Positions 21,056 to 27,503 of a DNA stretch of 27,503 nucleotides are shown here, one piece after another; the stretch's first letter is position 1, and every line of letters starts with the position of its first letter. Origin of the DNA: Mesotaenium endlicherianum (taxonomy: Eukaryota); contig WELA01001098.1 in the NCBI GenBank assembly GCA_009602735.1, positions 213,345-240,847 on the forward strand. Direction: 5' to 3'. The position numbers and the translations under genes are program-made. The notes below the pieces were generated by a model. It saw nothing but the letters and a program-made list of their open reading frames with translations. It was not told the DNA's origin and did no database searches.

Positions 21056-21381
21056 GTGGTTGCGCTCCCCAGTTCCTCCCGCGAGCCCAAATCTAGCACC
21101 AATTCCCCGTTGTCAGCTCCTTCTGTCGCCACCTCGCTGCCCTCGGCCTCCAGCCCATTGACAGCTGTCGCCGTGGCGGCGGCGCCGCTGGCGCCTGCAG
21201 CCTTTACCTCGCCAGTTGTCGCCGCCCGGCCAGCGGCTGAGGCGGCCAGCTGCTGGGCCTTCTGATTGGCCGCCAGCAGCAGGCGCTCGGCCTCTGGCGA
21301 CGTGTCAGAGGGCCACGTCAGCAGCGCCCCCCTATGCGGCCGGAAGAGCCGCATGATTGGCCGGTAGATCAGGAACGCAAT
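21056..21381 (-). CDS. THO2: THO2 exon
   Basis: agcag|IAFLIYRPIMRLFR...WPSD, then an Ala-rich linker, then ELVLDLGS..|gtgcgt. Phase 2 joins the next exon correctly. Confidence 0.88.
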
Positions 21382-21816
21382 CTGCTCGCGCCAGCACAAC
21401 AGCGGACAAGCAGGCGCTTAGCTCGCTGTGCGTGTGTGGGTGAGTGTATGTGCGTGTGCGTCGGAAGTAGAGAGAGCGGCCAGCCGTTGCCTTCTTTGGG
21501 AATGAGACTGGAGAGAAGCAGCGTGCCCAAGCAGCTGACCTCACATCACATCTCTCCCCCCACATCTGCAGACAGTGTCAGAAAACCCCTGACCGTGCAC
21601 GTGTGTACGTGTATAGGTGCGTAGGTGTCCAGGCGGGTACGTTGGTCTTCATTCTGCCGTGGGGCACGATCAATGAAAAAGAAACAAGTATGACACGACC
21701 CTGTGTCACGAGTATGTCACTCATCAACAGTCCAGGTTCCGCACACTTCTAGTCCAGTGAAACACTACAAGAGAGCACGCCACAAAAGAGATGGAAACGG
21801 TGAGAGAGGGCGGCAC

Positions 21817-21997
21817 CTCGGGCTCGATGTGGAACGTGTTGACGAGGTCGTGCAGGGGCGGGATGAGCCGCGCGTACGCCGTCACGGGCGCGACAGCTGT
21901 GCACAGGAACTCCACGTACTGCAGCAGGATGCCGTGACACCTGTCCAGCTGCTCGCCGACCAGCTTCACGTGCCGCGCCTCCGTCTCCATCACGATG
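21817..21997 (-). CDS. THO2: THO2 exon
   Basis: cgcag|IVMETEARHVKLVGEQLDRCHGILLQYVEFL...AYARLIPPLHDLVNTFHIEPE|gtgccg. Confidence 0.93.
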
Positions 21998-22473
21998 CTG
22001 CGCCGGTCCGCAGCAAAAGATCAGGGTTAGATTAGGGTGAAGCTTTCGGTTGAGGTTTATGGATTAGGGTGCCAGTCCGGAGCAAGGGAAGAGAGGAGCA
22101 CGGCGCATTTTGAGCGTGTGAGTGTGTGTGAGGGGGACCATGCATGGCAGCGTGCGTGCTGTCGCCTGCGGTGGGGATAATGGGAGACAAAAGCACAGTG
22201 TTTGTGTGCGCGTGCACGCGCGCGCGTGTGCCTGTGTGTTTGTGGGTGCGTGTGTGTGTGATAGAGTGAGAATGCATTGCAATGTGGGAGTTACTGCTGG
22301 AATTGGGATGTGGGGGAAAGAGGAGCCCAGGGCGTGTAAAAGAGCGCATGTGGCGGCTTGCGTGTTGCTGCCCAGTGCACGCAAACAAATACCAGATGCA
22401 CATGAATGTACGCTGCACGCACACGAACGTGCGCAAGCATGCAAGCTCGCAGACCTGAAGACGCACACACATG

Positions 22474-22508
<35 letters not shown>

Positions 22509-22666
22509 GGGGGNCCTACATCATTTGTGAGCAGTTTCCTGCTATTCAAAATGTTGAGTAATTTTCCTAAGCTTTGTTAGTGATATGCCACTGCACTCTC
22601 TAGTATGATGGCAACTAGTTCCTTTCCTCGTGAGTCACTACGCTTCCACTAGGGCACTCTGCCCCT

Positions 22667-22716
<50 letters not shown>

Positions 22717-22732
22717 GGGCAAGCAGACGCAC

Positions 22733-22836
22733 TTGATGCGATGCTGCGCAATGAGCACCAGCAGCGGCACCGCCAGCGCCGGCTCCTCGCGGCCCACCAG
22801 CGCGTCCTTCAGGCGTCCCATGGACCGCTGCAGCGC
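22733..22836 (-). CDS. THO2: THO2 exon
   Basis: tgcag|ALQRSMGRLKDALVGREEPALAVPLLVLIAQHRI|gtgcgt (phase 2). Confidence 0.9.
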
Positions 22837-22912
22837 CTGCACAAGCACCCCCCCCCCCCAAAAAAAAAGATGAGAAAAACTTGTATCAGCTCAATAATTA
22901 GCTACAATCCCA

Positions 22913-23018
22913 CAGGAGGCACAGGTCCACGAGACACAAGTCCTTCAGGAGACACGGGTCTCCCAGGAGACACAGGTCCCTTCATGAGGCGTGGGTCCCT
23001 CAGGGGAAAGAGGTCCTT
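22913..23018. repeat. Degenerate ~18-bp minisatellite, about 6 units (approximate consensus caggagacacaggtcctt)
   Basis: Units include caggaggcacaggtc, cacgagacacaagtcctt, caggagacacgggtctcc, caggagacacaggtccctt, catgaggcgtgggtccct and caggggaaagaggtcctt. Confidence 0.75.
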
Positions 23019-23379
23019 GAGGAAGCCACAAGTATGACTTGATCGTCTCTCCTTGCCTCCCCTGCCCAAACTGCCTGCTGCCTCCATCCACAACCTCTCT
23101 CCCTCCAACGTTCTCCCGTTCCCTTCTGCGCCCTTTTTGGCTCTCCTCCCCTGTTTGCCTCCATCTCCCTGCCTCGCTCCCCTTCACTGGTTCGGCTCGT
23201 CGTAATTTGGACGGAGGCCATTATGCGCTCTACAACGTACAGCCTGTTCTTCAATGCATGCGGCACGCACTAAACACTCATCATAACTCACGGCACTTTC
23301 GTCTGAGTCGAAGTTCACTCTCTCGCTCTCGCTTTCTTGCTCCTTCCTCCTCCTTGCATGCCCAGGGCATTGCGCTCAC

Positions 23380-23508
23380 CTTATTGTTGCGCACTTGCAC
23401 GAACGTGGCCGCCAGCTGGCGCAGCACCTCGCCGCCCGCCATGGCGTCCAGCTGGTCCTCTGTCAGGTTCTCGACGTGCTCCACGCTCGCCATCTGTTGC
23501 ACCAGCTC
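23380..23508 (-). CDS. THO2: THO2 exon
   Basis: tgcag|ELVQQMASVEHVENLTEDQLDAMAGGEVLRQLAATFVQVRNNK|gtgagc. Confidence 0.93.
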
Positions 23509-23767
23509 CTGCAGGAGGGGACCGCCGCACGCCACACGCCACACAGGCACAACAAGCACATCTGAATGGTTAAGGTCACCCGCACCACTGCTAGTGCACA
23601 AAATTCCCAGTAAAAACCTTCCCTTCATATACAGACGCATTAAAACTACACAAAGTCACCCATATCACCCCCCCCCCCACCCTCCCCCCAAATCACGCAC
23701 ACACACACACACAGGGAGGGAGGGAGGGGGAGAGAGAGGAGGGCCTCTGGCACACGCCCACACGCAC

Positions 23768-23864
23768 CTGCAGCAGGATGAGCTCGGTGCCCTCGCCGCG
23801 CTTGAGCTGATCATTGAGGTACTGGAAGAGGCCCCGCAGCTCCATGGACGGGTACTTCTTACAC
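23768..23864 (-). CDS. THO2: THO2 exon
   Basis: gccag|g CKKYPSMELRGLFQYLNDQLKRGEGTELILLQ|gtgcgt. Confidence 0.93.
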
Positions 23865-24812
23865 CTGGCATGCCCACACCGCCACGCACGCCAAGCACAC
23901 ACCCACGCGCGCAGGAGAGGGCAAGAAGGGGCGGAGGATGATTATAAGAGCAGGGCATTACAAGCAAGGACAGTACACTGGCTACTACCAAGTAGTGCCA
24001 GCAAATGTTGAATGTAGGACTTATGATGCAGTCTCTCTCTCTCTCTCTCTCTCCCCCCCCCNNNNNNNNNNNNNNNNNNNNNNNNNNNNNNNNNNNNNNN
24101 NNNNNNNNNNNNNNNNNNNNNNNNNNNNNNNNNNNNNNNNNNNNNNNNNNNNNNNNNNNNNNNNNNNNNNNNNNNNNNNNNNNNNNNNNNNNNNNNNNNN
24201 NNNNNNNNNNNNNNNNNNNNNNNNNNNNNNNNNNNNNNNNNNNNNNNNNNNNNNNNNNNNNNNNNNNNNNNNNNNNNNNNNNNNNNNNNNNNNNNNNNNN
24301 NNNNNNNNNNNNNNNNNNNNNNNNNNNNNNNNNNNNNNNNNNNNNNNNNNNNNNNNNNNNNNNNNNNNNNNNNNNNNNNNNNNNNNNNNNNNNNNNNNNN
24401 NNNNNNNNNNNNNNNNNNNNNNNNNNNNNNNNNNNNNNNNNNNNNNNNNNNNNNNNNNNNNNNNNNNNNNNNNNNNNNNNNNNNNNNNNNNNNNNNNNNN
24501 NNNNNNNNNNNNNNNNNNNNNNNNNNNNNNNNNNNNNNNNNNNNNNNNNNNNNNNNNNNNNNNNNNNNNNNNNNNNNNNNNNNNNNNNNNNNNNNNNNNN
24601 NNNNNNNNNNNNNNNNNNNNNNNNNNNNNNNNNNNNNNNNNNNNNNNNNNNNNNNNNNNNNNNNNNNNNNNNNNNNNNNNNNNNGGGGGGGGGCGAAGGG
24701 CGTAGAGGCAGAGGGGGAAGGATGCCACCGCCGCGAGCGAGGCGAGGCGAGGCGAGGCGAGGGAGAAAATTGCACGCGCACGCACACGCACACAGGCATA
24801 AACAAACACAAG

Positions 24813-24849
<37 letters not shown>

Positions 24850-25189
24850 ACAGCTCGCACCAGGGCCAAGGTCCAGCTGTCGGGGCAAGGAGGAGCAAGC
24901 CCTCCGCACTGCATCGCCAAGGGACCTCTACAAGACATCCCCGGAAAAAACCTTCTGAATTCTTTCGTAAAAAGCTCCATGAACGCAACCGCTTGTTTTA
25001 GCAAAACTTTCAGCAAGAATCAATCGTTTGGTCATGATCGCTTGCACAGGAGTGACCAGTGTCGCAAAAGGCAAGAAGTTCCCTTTGGCTGGCGTAGGCT
25101 CCAATCCCTTATAACTCTCCTTGCGTGCAACAAACACTCCCTCCCTCGGAGCCGAGGGAAGCCTCACAGAGGGCAAGCACTCCAGATCC

Positions 25190-25367
25190 AACCCCAACCC
25201 TAAGCCGAAACGTAGACTGGCCCCAACGCAGCCCTAAGCCTACCCCACCCCTGACCCAAGTCCCAACCCCAGTCCTGATCCTGTCCCTAACCCTTACCCT
25301 GACCCTGACTCTAACCCTACCCGGACGTCTCTGAGCCTAGGACCCTAATCCCTAAAATCAAAACCCT
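25190..25367. repeat. Degenerate telomere-like (CCCTRA)n tract (intronic)
   Basis: ccctaacccttaccctgaccctgactctaaccctac...ccctaatccctaaaatcaaaaccct. Confidence 0.7.
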
Positions 25368-25375
25368 GGGCGTAC

Positions 25376-25495
25376 CTGGTTGACGATGGTGCGCAGGACG
25401 GTCATGGGGTTGGAGTGCGCGAGCTTGGCGAGCATGCGGCCCAGCTGCTTGAGGTTCTCCTTGGCCAGCCTCTTCAGGATGCGCCGCGTGTCCAG
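25376..25495 (-). CDS. THO2: THO2 exon (Thoc2 domain)
   Basis: gacag|LDTRRILKRLAKENLKQLGRMLAKLAHSNPMTVLRTIVNQ|gtacgc, a hallmark THOC2 motif. Confidence 0.95.
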
Positions 25496-26072
25496 CTGTC
25501 GCCGCACCAGCCCCACCCCCCACAGCACGCCAGAGCGCGAGCACGAGCGCGCACGCATGCGCATGCACGCCAGCCGCCAGATCAGCAATTGGACGCCCAC
25601 GTCTGCACTGCGCGAGGATGAGCTGGGGCTGGGGCCTACCCGGCACTAGAGCGTGCCAGCACGCCCAGCAGGTTTCCTTTCTCATCGGCATCTTACGCCT
25701 CCTAGACCCCCCTCTTACTTTCCTTCACCCCCCGAAAAACTGGGTCCTTCCACACGCAATGCATGCAGTGCTGAGACCACAGGGGGAGGGGGGATACCAC
25801 AGTGGAGCTGCGCGAGGGGGCAGGGGGCAAGAGAGGAGAGGGTTGCGTAGGGCTTAGGGGGAGGAGATGGGGGGGGAGGGCGGAGGAGAAAGAGAGTGCA
25901 AAGCTCCGCATGCCCGCGTGCAGTCATGCCAGTGGTATGTTACTGTATGAAGATTGCTGGGGAAAGCTCCGTAAGCCTGATCGGCAAGCCTGCCCCAGCT
26001 TATCACTCCGTAATGTTGCAACACATTCCATCTTTGGGGAAAGACTGCATGGAGAGAGGGGGGGAAGGCAAT

Positions 26073-26078
26073 GACACG

Positions 26079-26129
<51 letters not shown>

Positions 26130-26191
26130 ATACACACATAAACAAACACACAGACACACACACACGCACACACACACCCACACACACACAC
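26073..26191. repeat. (CA)n microsatellite starting directly at a THO2 donor (GTGTGT on the minus strand)
   Basis: Read directly from the sequence. Confidence 0.92.
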
Positions 26192-26272
26192 CTTGGCGGT
26201 TTGGCGGGCGGCGATGAGCATGGGCAGCGCCTCATTGTCCCTCTCCCATTCGCCATACAGCCGGTACCGCGT
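26192..26272 (-). CDS. THO2: THO2 exon
   Basis: cgcag|TRYRLYGEWERDNEALPMLIAARQTAK|gtgtgt, containing the RYRLYGEW motif. Confidence 0.95.
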
Positions 26273-26799
26273 CTGCGTTGTGCCCGGACGAGTAACCACA
26301 GGAGCCATGATTGGGTAAGCACTATCCTTTGATACAAATTGCATCGACTACTAACCTCGCTATACTCTGGTGATGCCCACTTTTACGCCCAAATTTTTTC
26401 TGGGGGCAGGTCAGAATTACAAGCACTGAGCCACGTCAAACTAAGGGAGGGAAATGGAAGTGAGAGTGGAATTGGAGAAAGGTTCAAATTCGAAGGGAGA
26501 GAGAGGGACAGGGACGAGGCCTTCCGGTTAAACACGAGTGTAGCCCACAGATAGAGCCGCGAGGCGGAGGTGTCCGCACGTGCTCGCAGGCAGCCAAACA
26601 CGGTGCCCATAGGCGCACGCATATACACGCAATGTCACAAGCGCACGTGCTTACATGCCCCCGACACGCGTGAGAATGAGGCCACTCCTAAGAGAAGCCA
26701 GACAGGCAGGCAAGGCCCGACAGAATCTGCTTCCATGAGTGCTTTCACAAGAGCTGCGCCGTGGAGAAAAGCGGAGCGCGAGAGAGTCCGCAAATCTAC

Positions 26800-26979
26800 C
26801 TCGTAGGGGATGCAGGAGAGAAGCTCCCAGATCTCGAGGCACACGGGGGGGTTGGCCACCACGAGCTGGAGGGACGGCAGCAGCGCCACCTGGCACACCT
26901 CGGCGACGCGGTCGCGGGCCTCCCTGAGGGCGGGGCCGGGCGACGTCGCTTGCAGGTTCGCTCTCAAGGTCCGGCACAC
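26800..26979 (-). CDS. THO2: THO2 first visible exon; gene begins beyond the right edge of the window
   Basis: cgcag|VCRTLR...ALLPSLQLVVANPPVCLEIWELLSCIPYE|gtagat, containing the LLPSLQL..AN..EIWE motif. Confidence 0.92.
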
Positions 26980-27413
26980 CTGCGAGGGCGAGGGCGAGGA
27001 CGAGGGCGAGAGTGCGAGACATAGGCTTACTTAAACCCCAAAACCCGAACATCCAAACTCTACAAATCCTTACCCCAAAACTGTGACCACCTGCAAGAGC
27101 GTGGGTGCGAGTGCGAGCCATACATAGACTTAGGGAAACCCCAAGCGCATGCGGAACAAATTGTGAAACGGGTGCGAGTGCAAGGAGAAGGCTTAGGGGA
27201 GTGCTTGAACCACATGGAGATATAGGTGTGTTGTTGTAAAGTAAACACGTGCGCTATATGCGTACGTGCGAGAGAGTGTGCACATGTAGGTGCACATTTC
27301 TGTGCGCGGTACGCATACTTGTGCATGGACGCATGTAATGTCTTCAAGTGCATGTGTTTGTGTGCGAGTGCGTGCATGCGTTGAAGAGAGAAAGTGTGTG
27401 TTTGTGTGCGTGC

Positions 27414-27419
27414 AGAGAG

Positions 27420-27503
<84 letters not shown>
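27414..27503. repeat. (GATA)n(GA)n microsatellite at the window edge
   Basis: Read directly from the sequence. Confidence 0.95.

Noticed and set aside
22913..23018. Spaced repeats as a CRISPR-like array
   Set aside because: The units are adjacent and degenerate with no unique spacers, the context is a eukaryotic intron, and there are no cas genes.

Overview
Eukaryotic, GC-rich, intron- and microsatellite-dense DNA with five N gaps. The proteins look plant-like, so the source is probably a streptophyte alga (inference; species not determinable from the window). Three protein-coding genes are supported. (1) + strand 536-7229: the last five exons of a SNF2 helicase with an embedded C3HC4 RING (RAD5/16/Ris1 group, resembling plant CHR27/CHR28-FRG proteins), whose last intron is GC-AG. 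(2) - strand 9409-9930: an intronless, secreted, 17-Cys protein with a Kazal domain fused to a CX3C-rich domain I do not recognise, lying in a lower-GC, microsatellite-free island. (3) - strand 26979-11566: the 3' part of THO2 (THO/TREX subunit 2), with 15 visible exons, two conserved segments probably lost in N gaps, and a disordered tail of about 1270 aa. The most unusual signal is the splicing grammar. All 20 acceptors I traced are CAG, most lack a polypyrimidine tract, and several sit in local hairpins or palindromes. Two introns also carry degenerate echoes of their own donor junction. I saw no RNA genes, CRISPR arrays or recognisable mobile elements. All homology statements come from recalled family motifs, not from database searches.
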